A stretch of 64,000 nucleotides of DNA from Eledone cirrhosa (taxonomy: Eukaryota): positions 17,422,001 to 17,486,000 of the forward strand of contig OZ024754.1 of the NCBI GenBank assembly GCA_964016885.1, read 5' to 3'. Positions 26,786-39,209 of this stretch are shown here, one piece after another. Both the position numbers and the translations under genes were made by a program. Every line of letters starts with the position of its first letter. Position 1 is the first letter of the stretch. A model generated the notes under the pieces. It was not told where the DNA came from. It made no database searches and was given only the letters and a program-made list of their open reading frames with translations.

Positions 26786-29700
26786 ATTATTATTATTATT
26801 ATTATTATTATTGTTATTGTTATTCCTTGAATCTCAGTCATTGATGTTGGTTAACTGCAAAGTCCGTTGGATTGAATATCAAGCCACTACCTGCAGCCTC
26901 AGATATTCAGGACGTATCGGAGGGTTCTTGCTGTTCCAAGCAAGCATGCCTTTTGAAGCGTTCCAAAAAGCGTGAAGGGGCCGATTTTCTTTAACCATCC
27001 CTGGAAACTTTTGGAGATAGTCCCCAGTGCGCCTATGACAATCGGGATCACTTTGACTTCATGGCAGTTCCAAATCCTTTTCACCTCCCACTTTAGGTCC
27101 TGGTATCGGTTAATTTTCTCCCTCTCCTTCTCTTGCACTCTCGTGTCGAACGGGCAGGCCACATCCACAATCAGGCACGATCTTTTTTCTTTGTCCACAA
27201 CCACCAGGTCAGGTCTATTGTGTTCCAGTTTTTTGTCCGTCTGTATCCTAAAATCCCACAGCACCTTCACCTGATTGTTCTCCATCACCGCCTCTGGCCT
27301 ATGCTCATACCATTTCTCAGAATGTGGTAGATTGTTTACTTTGCACAGGTGCCAGTGGATCACCCTGCCCATCACATCGTGTCTCCAGCCCTTATAGTGG
27401 GTCTGGGCTAGGTGTTTACACTCGGACACAATGTGAGCCACAGTCTCCTCTCTCTCTCCACAGATCCTGCACAGTGGGCTAGCCTCCTCCTTGTAGATAT
27501 GGTGCTTCAACCACTTCGTTTTGAGGGCCTGCTCCTGCGCAGCCATTAGCATTCCTTCTGTAGCCTTTTTGAGGTCTCCTCTTCTCACCCAGTTCCATGT
27601 CTGTGGATCTCTAAATTCAGTTTTCTCAAAGAAGGTACTATGAAGGGGTTTTCCCTTAAGGCTGCTCTTCCTCCTTGATGTTATTTCTTCCCTGGACATC
27701 CCCTGGCCTACTGTCCCCTCCTTCAGTACAGTTCTGAGCATTGGCTCCTTACTATAGGTCACGTATTTGTATAGGTTGTTTTTCTCCATCTGAACACAGT
27801 CCTCTATGCTGATAAGACCTCTTCCACCCTCAGATCTCCTTAGGTAGAGTCTATCGACATCACTCCTCTTGTGGAACATGTTGTAGATAGTCAATAGCTT
27901 CCTAGTCTTCCTATCCATTTCTTTCTGTTCAGCAACATTCCATCTCAGAATTCCCGCACTGTACCTAATAAAAGACACAGCTCGGGAATTTACTGCGCTT
28001 ATGGCATTTCTGCTGTTCAGATGTGACTTCAATACGCTCCTTACTCTCCGAATGTATTCAGTTCTTAACAATTTCTCCTTTTTTTTGTTCTTTATGCCAT
28101 CAGCCTCCAGAACGCCCAAATACTTGTATCCTTCCTCAGAGTCAATTTCCTTTATCATCTCACCTGTTGGTATCTGGATCCCGTTACTTCTGCTCAACCT
28201 ACCCCTCTTCATCACAATGACTCCACATTTACCAATACCAAACTGCATACATATATCACTGCTGAAAATACGGACAGTGTCAACAAGCACATCCAACTCC
28301 TTCTCACTTTTCCCGAAGAGCTTAAGATCGTCCATGAAGAGGAGGTGATTGATGGTAAGCTCTCCCCTTCCCAACTTGTATCCTGCTCTCACTTTTCGCA
28401 GCATAATGGTCAAGGGCATCAGGGCAAGGACAAACAACAGAGGGGACAGGCTATCTCCCTGGAAGATACCTCTCTTGATCTTCACGCTTCCCAAGGATAC
28501 TCCAGTTGATGTCAACTCTGTCTCCCAGGACCCCATACTCCTGTCTAGCAACTGTCTGATGTTATCTGCCACCCTGAAGATCTCCAGGCTTTTGGTGATC
28601 CAGGAATGAGGCACCATGTCAAATGCCTTTCTGTAGTCTATCCATCCCATGGCAAGATCAGTGTGTCTCCTCCTGCAATTCCCCATTACCATCTTATCAA
28701 TAAGCAACTGGTCCTTTGTACCACGTGACTTCTTTCGGCATCCTTTCTGTTCGTCCGGTAACAAGTTGTTTGTGTGGAGGTGATGGTAGATTTCCTCAGA
28801 CACAATGCTCGTCAACAGTTTCCACATTACGGGCAGACATGTGATAGGTCTATAGTTGGTAGCATCATTACCCTTGATTCGGTCTTTCATTATCAGAACT
28901 GTGGTACCTTTTGTCAACCACTCTGGCACCTCACCCGACACCAAGCAGTCATTGAACATGGCCGTCAGCTTCGGGTGGAGGGATGTTAGATGTTTAATCC
29001 AATACCCCTGCACACCATCTGGGCCTGGTGATTTCCAGTTGGTTAGTTTTTTGGCTTGCCCCTTAAGAGTTTCAACTGTGATACTCAAATCAGTCTGTTG
29101 CTGTGCCTGCTCACCGATCTCCCTCTGTACTGTCTCAATCCACCCTGCCTGGGCATTGTGTCTAACATCCTGCTCCCATATTCCTCTCCAGAATGTTTTA
29201 GTTTGCTCCGCCCCAGGGATCAAGTCGTTGCCTCTTTCTTTCCCCTCAAGCTGTCCAAACAGCATCTTCTGGTTGTTGTCGAACATGCGGTTCTGTTTAT
29301 ACTGACTGACTCTGTTCTCGTATCGCCTGATTTTTGCACTCTTTGCTACAATGCGTTGCTTCAATTCCTCTATGATAATATTTAGCTTTTTACTCCTAGT
29401 TTTGTATTTTATTTCCAGTCTATTTTTAGTGCCTATGTTTTTTAGTGTCCCATTCAGTAGTGACTCAAGCTTTCCTATGTCATTTCTCATTTCCCCGATT
29501 TGCCCACTCAGTCGCTTCTTCCACCACGGCTCTGCTCTTTCTTGTCTGTTGTTTCCTCTCGCTTTTATACCAAGTAGTTTCCTCTCCGTATTTGCTGTTG
29601 CTCTGAGGAAATTGTTGCACTGGTGAAGGCTCCTCGCCTCAAGGTATGGGATGACTTTGTTTACCTTAGCTGTTGTTTCTTTTAACTTTTTCCTGTCTAC

Positions 29701-31382
29701 AAATCTTAGGTTCATAGGTCTCCCACTATCATTGTTCAATTCATCTACCACTAAATTTAGGATGTCAACCGAATCTTGTCCTAGCCCGTCAGCATTCATC
29801 TCCTCAGTGGCCGTATCTCTGTTCCAGGTATTATTTATCTCAGTATTCAGATCATTGTCTGCTTCGGGTGGTTCCTCCGTTCTCAGGACCTCCTCACCTT
29901 CATTTCCCACCGGCTCGCTTGTCTGGCATACTACACCCGCCATCTCCAAGCCATTCTCTCTGCTCAGTTCCTCCAGTTCCAGCTCGCTTATCCACCCATT
30001 AGTTCTTATTACCCGAGCCTGCCCGGCCAATTTTTGTTCATCTAATTTAAATAAACCAATCTCGTTCCAGATGTTATGCATCCGTCTCCTGTAGCCCCTC
30101 TCCTTGGGGTTACTTTTCAGGTAGCATTGCATAACAGTTCTATTCAATTCTTTCGTCCAGTTGGTTCTGGCCCCTTTCCTTCTTCTCCTTCCTCCAACAT
30201 CAGCAGTATTTGGTTGACAGTCAGGTTCCTGCTGCTGAGCCAGGGGGCACCTGTTGGGTAAGAGTCTGTCACATGACGTTCTAGTCTCCATTTCACCGTT
30301 ATTCGAACTGTTTATGTTCTATATTTAAACACTCTTATCGAGGATTGGCGAATGTATGTTTACATAGCCATCTGTGGATCCGCCATCCCACTTGGCCCTT
30401 GTGTGGCATTATCACCACGCTGTATACGAACACACATAAACAAACAAACACACAGGCAGAAAGGGCCCCAAAAATGAATAAGCATAAGTTTCATTGTAAT
30501 GTAGTGTTCGAATGTCTGACTTAGTTTTAGTTTTTTAAGTTTTACTTTTTCCCCCCTCTTCTCTGTCCGTCCGCCTGCTTCTCTCTTCATTCTTATTTTC
30601 TTTACGTTTTTGGGGTTTCTTTTTTTTGTTTTTGTTTTTCTCTGTTTGTTTTTCTCGTTTTTTGCTGTTGTTGCTGTGCTGCTTTGGTTTTGTTGTTTGT
30701 TTTTTCTTTTTTCTTTTGGGTCTATCTATATATTTTGATGCCTTCCTCTTTGTTAGTAGTAGGAATTCTATAATGTGGAAGTAGCAGCCAGCAGGGAAGT
30801 GGGAGACTGGCGGCGCCAGCGATACTGAGACAGTGGTGGTGGTGATGTCGATACCGAGGCAGCGGTGGCGGTGATGTGACCGTATTACTGTAGTGATGGT
30901 GCTGTAGCGGAGTCAAGGGGTGGCGGCGGCGGTGATGGGATAGTGGTGGCAATGATGGCCGTAGTGAGCGGTGGCGGTGAAGGTGAAAATGTGTCGTTAT
31001 CTGGCTGTTGTGTTTAGTGTACACAGATGATGGGGTGGGTGGTGTATCTAGTTTCTGGTGTTGGTGAGTTTAGCTGTCCTATATAGTGTAGCCAGAGGAG
31101 AGGAGGGGAGGGGTTCTTCTTCCATTTATAGCCATTTTTTTTTTTGGATATACAGTGTACAATACAAAGTTGAATATTTGAATATTTGAGCCTTATAACA
31201 ATATATTTTGGGTCCGAATTTTTTGGGGCTCAAGCCGGGTGCTTTACGTAGCATTTGTACTAAGAGTTGTTATTTCACAAATGGTTTAAATATGTTAAAA
31301 ATTCAAAACTTACGGGAGCGATTTAATGACCTCCGTCACCTCGTGCGTCTTCTTCTTATTATTATTATTATCATTATTATTA

Positions 31383-31420
<38 letters not shown>
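26786..31420 (-). mobile_element. R4/Dong-clade non-LTR retrotransposon flanked by (TAA)n tracts
   Basis: Intact RT-RLE ORF; (ATT)n at 26786-26823 and 31357-31420; assigning 30292-31356 as 5' UTR is inference. Confidence 0.75.
26899..30291 (-). CDS. Non-LTR retrotransposon polyprotein: RT + CCHC zinc knuckle + restriction-like endonuclease (R4/Dong type), 1130 aa
   Basis: KSPGPDG, YRPITCL, DYRKAFD, GIFQGDSLSP, LFMDD, YKYLG; CRICGEREETVAHIVSEC, RHD, RPDLVV...IVDVACP...EKINRY. Confidence 0.95.
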   Translation of the reverse strand: METRTSCDRLLPNRCPLAQQQEPDCQPNTADVGGRRRRKGARTNWTKELNRTVMQCYLKSNPKERGYRRRMHNIWNEIGLFKLDEQKLAGQARVIRTNGWISELELEELSRENGLEMAGVVCQTSEPVGNEGEEVLRTEEPPEADNDLNTEINNTWNRDTATEEMNADGLGQDSVDILNLVVDELNNDSGRPMNLRFVDRKKLKETTAKVNKVIPYLEARSLHQCNNFLRATANTERKLLGIKARGNNRQERAEPWWKKRLSGQIGEMRNDIGKLESLLNGTLKNIGTKNRLEIKYKTRSKKLNIIIEELKQRIVAKSAKIRRYENRVSQYKQNRMFDNNQKMLFGQLEGKERGNDLIPGAEQTKTFWRGIWEQDVRHNAQAGWIETVQREIGEQAQQQTDLSITVETLKGQAKKLTNWKSPGPDGVQGYWIKHLTSLHPKLTAMFNDCLVSGEVPEWLTKGTTVLIMKDRIKGNDATNYRPITCLPVMWKLLTSIVSEEIYHHLHTNNLLPDEQKGCRKKSRGTKDQLLIDKMVMGNCRRRHTDLAMGWIDYRKAFDMVPHSWITKSLEIFRVADNIRQLLDRSMGSWETELTSTGVSLGSVKIKRGIFQGDSLSPLLFVLALMPLTIMLRKVRAGYKLGRGELTINHLLFMDDLKLFGKSEKELDVLVDTVRIFSSDICMQFGIGKCGVIVMKRGRLSRSNGIQIPTGEMIKEIDSEEGYKYLGVLEADGIKNKKKEKLLRTEYIRRVRSVLKSHLNSRNAISAVNSRAVSFIRYSAGILRWNVAEQKEMDRKTRKLLTIYNMFHKRSDVDRLYLRRSEGGRGLISIEDCVQMEKNNLYKYVTYSKEPMLRTVLKEGTVGQGMSREEITSRRKSSLKGKPLHSTFFEKTEFRDPQTWNWVRRGDLKKATEGMLMAAQEQALKTKWLKHHIYKEEASPLCRICGEREETVAHIVSECKHLAQTHYKGWRHDVMGRVIHWHLCKVNNLPHSEKWYEHRPEAVMENNQVKVLWDFRIQTDKKLEHNRPDLVVVDKEKRSCLIVDVACPFDTRVQEKEREKINRYQDLKWEVKRIWNCHEVKVIPIVIGALGTISKSFQGWLKKIGPFTLFGTLQKACLLGTARTLRYVLNI

Positions 31421-31421
<1 letters not shown>

Positions 31422-31649
31422 GAATGTGTTTGTATGCATTTGTAAGTATTTATAAGTAGGCGTGTGCTGACTTGTTTAAAATTGACAACTAAAAATAAAG
31501 TGTTTTCAAGAATCCTCATGATAAATCATATGAAAGCTTTCCTACATCGGTATTATTTAGAATAATTTCCATACATACATGATGACATAGATATAAATTT
31601 AACGTAGATGATGTGTTATTCGGCAGATGGATACCAATTATTTAAAATA

Positions 31650-31760
31650 ATTGTTTCTACTTTAGGCACAAGGCCAGCAATTACCCAGTGCATTACTGGT
31701 ACTTTATTTTATCGACCCCGTAAGGATGAAAGGCAAAGTCAACCTCGAAAAATCAATTCT
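31650..31760 (-). mobile_element. tRNA-derived SINE, truncated
   Basis: Reverse complement of the 3' part of the SINE at 35621/60747. Confidence 0.75.
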
Positions 31761-32261
31761 AATCCAATCTCCGACAAGAAATGTTTTTTAAAATCCTGTA
31801 GATATATCTGGCGGTGAAAATAAGGTAAAACTAAAACCGCTTTGAGCGCTGTGTAGAACTGTGCCAAACTGGAATGGAAAAAGACCTCCACCGATTTCGG
31901 CGACGAGAGTTCCAGTTTTGGTATGATGATCTAAATAGGGTGTCTTAGTCCCTCCGGGGCCACTGCAAGTACCTAAAGCGCATTGCAGTCCCTCTACCTC
32001 CAAGTTTCTCTTTGAATGGTCCCCAGAGGGCACTACAACTCCTCTATTTCTAGGTTTCTCTCTAGATTGTTACTGAAATCATCCCAGGTACTGAGTTGCC
32101 TGGTTGAATCAATCTTTCCTTGTTCTGCCAGCTTAATGTGGTTTCTAATTTAGGCACAAGGCCTGCAAACTAGGAGCAATGGCAAAGTTGATGAAATCAA
32201 TCACTATACTTGACAGGATTTGAAATTAAGACAATTGTTGTTAAGTATTTATCCAACACCC

Positions 32262-32638
32262 TAATGGTACTACCAATCTACTGCTGCGCTACCAATCTAC
32301 CATCCTAATGGTACTACCAATCTACTGCTGCACTACCAATCTACCATCCTAATGGTACTACCAATCTACTGCTGCACTACCAATCTACCATCCTAATGGT
32401 ACTACCAATCTACTGCTGCACTACCAATCTACCATCCTAATGGTACTACCAATCTACTGCTGCACTACCAATCTACCATCCTAATGGTACTACCAATCTA
32501 CTGCTGCACTACCAATCTACCATCCTAATGGTACTACCAATCTACTGCTGCACTACCAATCTACCATCCTAATGGTACTACCAATCTACTGCTGCACTAC
32601 CAATCTACCATCCTAATGGTACTACCAATCCACCACCT
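32262..32638. repeat. 44-bp minisatellite, ~8.5 copies
   Basis: ctaatggtactaccaatctactgctgcactaccaatctaccatc repeated; embedded in a degenerate SINE (32140-32638). Confidence 0.9.
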
Positions 32639-32881
32639 CTACATCCTTAATATGAGCAACAATACAGCAGTTTCTGCATTCTTCAGCAATCACCAATCAA
32701 TGAGCGAAGAGCTTATTTAACTTTTCTTCATTTTTCCATATCACAGCCATCTTTGCTCATGTAGTTCTATATATAATTACGTGGTGGCCCATTCATCTTT
32801 AATACAGTAATTCAGCATACAAAGAGAGAAGAGGAGAGATAGACAGACAGAAAAGAGAGACATTGAGAGAGAAGTACAAAG

Positions 32882-32991
<110 letters not shown>

Positions 32992-33717
32992 GGACGGACG
33001 GAAAAGAGAGAAAGTGAGAGAAGTACAGAGATAGGGAGAGACAGAGAGACAGAGACTAAAAGACAGGGAAACAAAGACCATATTCACCTTTAGCACTTTC
33101 CTGATAATAGAGGAAAGAAAATATCATTTTATTTATAAAAGTAAATTGAAAAGCTACCTAACTGAGATTTCAAAGATAAAAATGGAAGAGAGTATTGAAA
33201 ACTATCAGAATAAAACATGTAAATAGAAGAGTTGCTGGTGTTCTTTATTGTAATTGATAACGAGGCTGACAATATGTAGGTGCTTTGATTCCCTCGCCCG
33301 TTTCTGTTTCACCATCGATAACAATCACAGTAAGTTCAAGCCAGCGAGGAACCCAGTACTTTCTCACTCGATCTGCTAGAAATAGCAGCCAACTCTTTAT
33401 CAAATTAATATGCAATTAACGTGCAAGTGGCTGAGCATTCCCTAGATACATGCACTTTTAACGTAGCTTTAAGGGAGACTCAGCAATGTACGACCAGCAG
33501 TTTAGGACCGTGGGAACTGTTATAGCAGTCCGGGTACCATATAATCTTACCCACACGAAGTCGTCTATCTCGTTGATTAACGAAAGTGTAGACTCTGGCC
33601 AGCTGGGTTCGAAATTTAATAATACCAACTTAATTGTCCATCGAGTGAGTGAGGAAACGGCCGAAGCTATGTCCGTTTTATTCGACTTGCTTCGTCTCCT
33701 AATTATATATATATATA

Positions 33718-33899
33718 TGAAGTATTTCCGTGGAAAAGGTAAAGGAAAGAAGAGTGCTCTATGTATAGTACAGAGAAATTTAATTATGTAATAAACAACA
33801 CAATGCAATTATTCCATTTACCAAAGGTTTCACGAAGACAGAAACCTTCGTGAAACCTTTGGTAAATGGAATAATTGAATTATGTTGTTTATTACATAA
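33718..33899. mobile_element. Palindromic PLE stub (family of 10135-10350)
   Basis: Arms 33785-33837 / 33846-33899 contain the HHR 3' half GAAAcctttggTA; reverse tail 33718-33785. Confidence 0.75.
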
Positions 33900-33969
33900 A
33901 TGTATATATATATATATATTTCCAATTCCATCCCGCCCGTTCCCTCTATCTATCTTATTTCTCATTCTT

Positions 33970-34005
33970 TCTTCTGATGAAAGACTAGCGTCCGAAACGT
34001 TAAAA
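33970..34005 (+). ncRNA. Minimal hammerhead ribozyme in solo pLTR (33920-34095)
   Basis: tctt CTGATGA a agac-tagc-gtcc GAAA cg TT aaaa; better-paired homolog at 63381-63416. Confidence 0.6.
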
Positions 34006-34747
34006 CCCTCTTCCTGCTATATCAAACGTTAACCTAATATATCCCTTCCATATACTGTACCGATTGTGTTGTTATTTCTGTTTACCTTTTACATACATAT
34101 ATATAATACCAGTAAAAGAATATAAAATATATAATGTCGAACGGTTCGTTTTGAATATTTAGTACACAATATATCAAATTTAACAGTAATACCCAACATT
34201 TTATGCAACAATCGTATCTTCTCAAAACTTTTCCAAATAATTTCAACTACTTTATCTATTAGAGGGTCTTTTCATTGAGAATTTATATTAAGTTGTTTAC
34301 AGAAAAGAATTTAGATTCTTGAACTCTCTGGCTGAGTTTCTGACTGTGCTTCCGTAGAAATATGTTTTGTTATATGAGTTATCTAATTTTATTATATGAG
34401 TTATCTAAATTAATATACAAAATAAACAAATTTCAAAAGTAGAATAATTTACAAGTGTTACTATATTAAGAAGCTCGTTATAATACGAAAACAAACTTAA
34501 CAATAAATTTATTTTACGGAGTTTTTCCTCTTTATTTACTTTGAAACCATACAGAAATTCTGCTCTAAAATCAATTAATAGTTATTAGATTTCTGTGACC
34601 AGAAAGTAATATCTGAATAAAAATAGAACGCTTGTAACTTTAATTTCTTGATTATTTTGTTGTTGCTATGGTTTATATATTGCAAGTTTCGCCAACCTCT
34701 TATCAGGTAACAACTCATATCTTATTTCTTTCGGTGTTTTTTAAGAT

Positions 34748-34838
34748 ATATTTAAGATAGAAGTCACCTATATTTAAGATAGAAGTCACCTATATATAAG
34801 ATAGAAGTCACCTATATTTAAGATAGAAGTCACCTATT
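34748..34838. repeat. 22-bp tandem repeat x4
   Basis: tatttaagatagaagtcaccta repeated. Confidence 0.9.
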
Positions 34839-35009
34839 ATGAATTGCGCCATCTTTGATTTTATTTTATCCTTCAACGAATACATAGCAGTCTTTGTGTA
34901 ATTCTTATTTATTGAGATTGAACTTCATTTTGGGACCTGAAATGAATCCGAAAATAAAAGAGAACTATTTATCAGTAAATCAACCATTCCTTATAATTTA
35001 TATAATAAT

Positions 35010-35520
35010 GGTTTCTGAATAAGGCACAAGGCCAACACTTTTGGGGGAAGAGAAAGTCGATTAAATTGACCCAGTGCATTACTAGTACTTTATTTTATCG
35101 GCAGGATTTAAACTCGAAACGTAAAGGGCCGTAACTTTGCCGCGAATCATGGTGTCCGACGCTCTACCGATTCTGCCAATATAAGGGTTTCTGATTTAGG
35201 TACAAGGCCAACAATTTTGGGGTAGAGGAAAGTCGATTAAATCGACCCCAATGTATTACTGGTGCTTTATTTATCGACCCCGTAAGGATGAAAGGCAAAG
35301 TTAAACTCGGCGAGATTTGAACTCAGAACGTAAAGGGCCGTAACTATGCTGCGAAGCATGGTATCCGACGCTCTACCGATTCTGCCAATATAATAATATT
35401 GGTTTACTGACATAGGCATTAGGTCGATATTTTGTGGGGGAGGCTATAATCGATTATTTTGACAGTTAAAGTTGACTAGTACTTTCTTTTATCGACATCA
35501 GATGAAAGACAAAGTCAATA
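35010..35520 (-). mobile_element. Cluster of three tandem tRNA-derived SINE copies
   Basis: Repeated ggcacaaggcc...gatgaaaggcaaag...tttgaactc...ccgacgctctaccgattctgccaa. Confidence 0.8.
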
Positions 35521-35620
35521 GTATAAATTATCAGAGTCTATTATTGTGTGTTCATTTTTGTTTTCCAACTTATATTATTTTCCCATTATTATTTCCCGTT
35601 ATTATTAATTTTATTTATAT

Positions 35621-35810
35621 GGCGGTGGATTGGCAGTATCGGTAAACGGTCGGACGAAATGCTTTGCAGCATTGAGTTACGGCCCTTTACGGTCTGAATT
35701 CAAATCCCGCCGAGGTTAGCTTTGCATTTCATCCTTACAGGGTCGATAAGATAAAATACCAGTAATGCTCTGGGGTAATTGCTTGCCTTGTGCCAAAGTA
35801 GAAACAATTA
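35621..35810 (+). mobile_element. Full-length tRNA-derived SINE
   Basis: A-box TGGCAGTATCGG, B-box GAATTCAAATCC, central tttcatccttacagggtcgataa (resembles Meta/Sauria-type SINE core), tail gccttgtgccaaagtagaaac. Confidence 0.85.
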
Positions 35811-36109
35811 CTAATTTTATTTGTTGTTTTTTTTTTGTCTACGTTCAGTTGTTTCATATTGTCTAATGTTTGTTTATAAACGTGTATGGCTATGCTCATT
35901 TCCCTCTCAGGTTTGTCGGTTTGTTAGGTGGCTAAAGTTTTCAAATAAATGGATGGGTGATTGCAAGGTTTTGTCTGGTTTGGGTTCTGGTAGTGGAGCG
36001 TGGGGTTAGTGTCGGTGTGCATCAATTCTATGCAAGCATATTCTTTTTACTAAATAATATAGTTACATGGTATGGACCCGTAACTCTTGAGGAATCGAAG
36101 GGACGCAAT

Positions 36110-36390
36110 ATTGACACACGGCGTTTCTAGGGCATTCTTTAAACCTGGCGGAGCCCGTCACCTCTCCAGGCCTCAATATAGCTGATTTCTTCCAGAGAAT
36201 GATATAGAGAGTGAGAGAAAGGAAACAAGAAAGAGATATAAGGGAAGAATTGTACTATTTTTATCGACCCCGAAAGGATGAAAGGTAAAGTTAACCTCGG
36301 TGGAATTTGAACTGAGAGAGCAGAGAGCCGGAACGAATACTACAAAGCATTATATCTGATGTTCTAACGATTCTGCTAATTCGCTGCCTA
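36110..36390 (-). mobile_element. SINE subfamily with alternative 3' body; copies also at ~40715-40950, 46835-47115, 56375-56540, 62250-62470 and ~2630-2730
   Basis: Shared tttctagggcatt..aaacctggcggagccc..gatttcttccagagaa + purine tract joined to the common SINE head/core. Confidence 0.75.
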
Positions 36391-37607
36391 ATATAGTTGT
36401 AACGGGGCGTATAAACCTACTAGACGGGAAAAGATGGATATCAGCACACAAGATACTCATCTTTTTCTGTTAAAAATGGTACAGCAATGTTTTCTATTTT
36501 AATTTTCAAACACCTCTCACCGCTTTCTGAACATACTTTCATAAATTGTACTATTTTAACGACATTCATAATATACAGAGTCACTAAATGTTAAGAAAAT
36601 GTATTCTTTTTCACTTGAATTTTATGTAAATTTTATAAAAATATTTCGTGGAACATCGTGAATTTATTTGTGATGTATCAACCAGCAGGTGAATAAATGT
36701 CCTTTTTATCACTCTTATACAAAAGAGAAAACCACAAACAAAACAATCATATATGTTACATAAACATTTAATCGGTGACGTTTAAGAGGCTTGAAACAAA
36801 ATCAGAAACAGAGATGTATATACATTTCCTCAAGCATATTAGTATTAGATAATAAAACTGAAATTACTCCAAGCGAAAAGAAAGAATACTACATAGTTTT
36901 CTATGTAGTATTCCCTCAATTTTCTATATTGGCAGCTTAAATGCGCGATTTTAACGTGCCAAGTAATCCTAATGTATGTTACTAGTCTTTATTGTTATAT
37001 AAAGTCACACTGGATGTTAAAATGCACTTTTAAATAGTCAAATTGTATGTAATTATATAAAATTAGATATATTTTGCCCAATAGCGACATTTGATATTCA
37101 TGAATTGATGCATTGTCTTCTATAATTATTCACGTGATATAAATGATTTTAGAAGTTTATTCGCTAATTATACCAAATAACAGCATCGTTTGATTATTAC
37201 TCCTTGCAAAATGATTATGTTGTTTCGTTGATGTGACTTCATTAAGATCTAGATTGATTTATCATTCACTTATAACGCCACCACCGCACCGCCCCCGTCG
37301 GTACCGCCACCACTAGCACTACTACCACTAGCACTACTACCACTACCACCACTAACACCACCACTACTTTCAACAAATCAGACAAATTTATTTACTGAGT
37401 TCAAAATATCTAAAGTTTCATAGTGAAAACTGATGCGAACAAAATAATTTTCACTTGCTTATTAGAGCTAATTAGTTTCATGCTTATTAGAGCTAATTAG
37501 TTTCATGTTTATGATAAAAGCACTATAATATTTAAACACCATCGTATATGACCTATATACGGTTAACTGACGCTATTATCAGATGAGAATATAAAGATAA
37601 CTGATGC

Positions 37608-38052
37608 TGTACACCAGGTCCGAACACAGAAGAGCCGAACTCCCAGTCATCGCCTCCATCTCTCACACGTACACCAGGTCCGAACACAGAAGAGCCGAAC
37701 TCCCAGTCATCGCCTCCATCTCTCACACGTACACCAGGTCCGAACACAGAAGAGCCGAACTCCCACTGTCATCGCCTCCATCTCTCTCGCCCTCCACAAC
37801 TCTCACACGTACACCAGGTCCGAACACAGAAGAGCCGAACTCCCACTGTCATCGCCTCCATCTCTCACACGTACACCAGGTCCGAACACAGAAGAGCCGA
37901 ACTCCCACTGTCATCGCCTCCATCTCTCACACGTACACCAGGTCCGAACACAGAAGAGCCGAACTCCCACTGTCATCGCCTCCATCTCTCACACGTACAC
38001 CAAGTCCGAATACAGAAGAGCCGAACTCCCAGTCATCGCCTCCATCTCTCTC
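37608..38052. repeat. 60/61-bp GC-rich minisatellite, ~7 copies
   Basis: gtacaccaggtccgaacacagaagagccgaactccca(ct)gtcatcgcctccatctctcacac. Confidence 0.9.
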
Positions 38053-38194
38053 GCCAATAATTGATGAACTGGAAGGTAACTGACTGATGAGAGCTGGAGT
38101 AAAATCGAGGTGGTGGTGGTGTTTATGTTGTTGTTTAAACCTAGATCAGTCATGATCGGGCAGAACTACTGTGTCGTACGTTGCAATATATATT

Positions 38195-38470
38195 TTCTAA
38201 TTTAAGCACAAGGCCAGCAAATTTAGGGGAAGGGCTAAATTAATGAAATCAACCCCAGTGTTTGTGGTTTGTTTTATTAACCCCGGAAGGATGAAAGGCA
38301 AAGTTGAACTCAGCGGGATTCGAACTCGGAATGAAGAGGGTCAGAAAAAATTCTACAATGACATTTTATCTGACGCTCTACCAATTCTGGCAATGCAGAA
38401 TGTAAAGGGTCGTACCTAGATGCTGCATAGCATGTTGTCCAACGCTCTAACGATCCTGCCAACCCACCAC
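38195..38470 (-). mobile_element. tRNA-derived SINE
   Basis: gcacaaggccagcaa...ggatgaaaggcaaagttgaactc...gattcgaactc. Confidence 0.75.
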
Positions 38471-38583
38471 GCTTCATATCATTAATATTAAATTGTTTAA
38501 AACGGTGAGAAAATGCCAGGGTGGGGGGGGGGGGTAATCTAAACTGGAAATAAAATAATATATCTGGTTTGAATACTTTACAT

Positions 38584-38889
38584 CAGATGTTCTCAAAGTT
38601 GGCGCTACCGCCTCCGGGGGTCGTTGAGAAAGTTCAGAGGGGTGCTGCGGTCTAAGGGGTCGATAGAGATGATATAATAGTATATCAAATATCAAATGAT
38701 ACATATTATATATAAATATAGTAAAATAAAAAATATATAATATTCATTTATACATAGTTTATATTATATTATTTATTATATTGTTTAGCAATTTAATTTA
38801 TTATATATAATTTATAATTTGCATGTAAGTAGGTCTCTCTGGAAATAGGGGGGAGGAGGGAAGCGGCCTTAAAAGTTTGAGAATCTCTG
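38584..38889. mobile_element. hAT (Charlie-like) MITE
   Basis: TIRs CAGATGTTCTCAAA / TTTGAGAATCTCTG; 8-bp TSD ctttacat / ctttaaat (7 of 8 match). Confidence 0.75.
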
Positions 38890-39209
38890 CTTTAAATGAA
38901 TTAATTATTTAATTAATAACCGCAAACAAAATATTCCAGTTACTCATGATAATAATCTTAATGATTAATGATAATCTTAGTGTACGAATAGCGTCTCAAA
39001 CTTTTGTCTAATGACCTTATTAGTCAACTACCATGATTGCTTAAGTCACGAAATATATATGAAATTAAAATTCCCCATAGTGTTTGTTATAATTTCAGAT
39101 AATTTCCTACAATTTCCATGTCCTCTCGTCTATTATCTCATAATTAGACGTTATTTATGTCTTTAAATATTAGCGAATGTTTCACAACTTCTCTCCGTAG
39201 AGAGGAGAA

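Noticed and set aside
26972-30261. Plus-strand ORFs overlapping the Dong ORF
   Set aside because: Antisense shadows of the coding strand with no recognisable motifs
30340-30470. HDV-like ribozyme in the Dong leader
   Set aside because: P1-like and P4-like stems are visible, but no convincing P3/L3/P1.1 could be assembled by eye
35621-35720. tRNA gene
   Set aside because: A/B boxes belong to a multi-copy SINE head with no complete cloverleaf; same for 43150 and 60747
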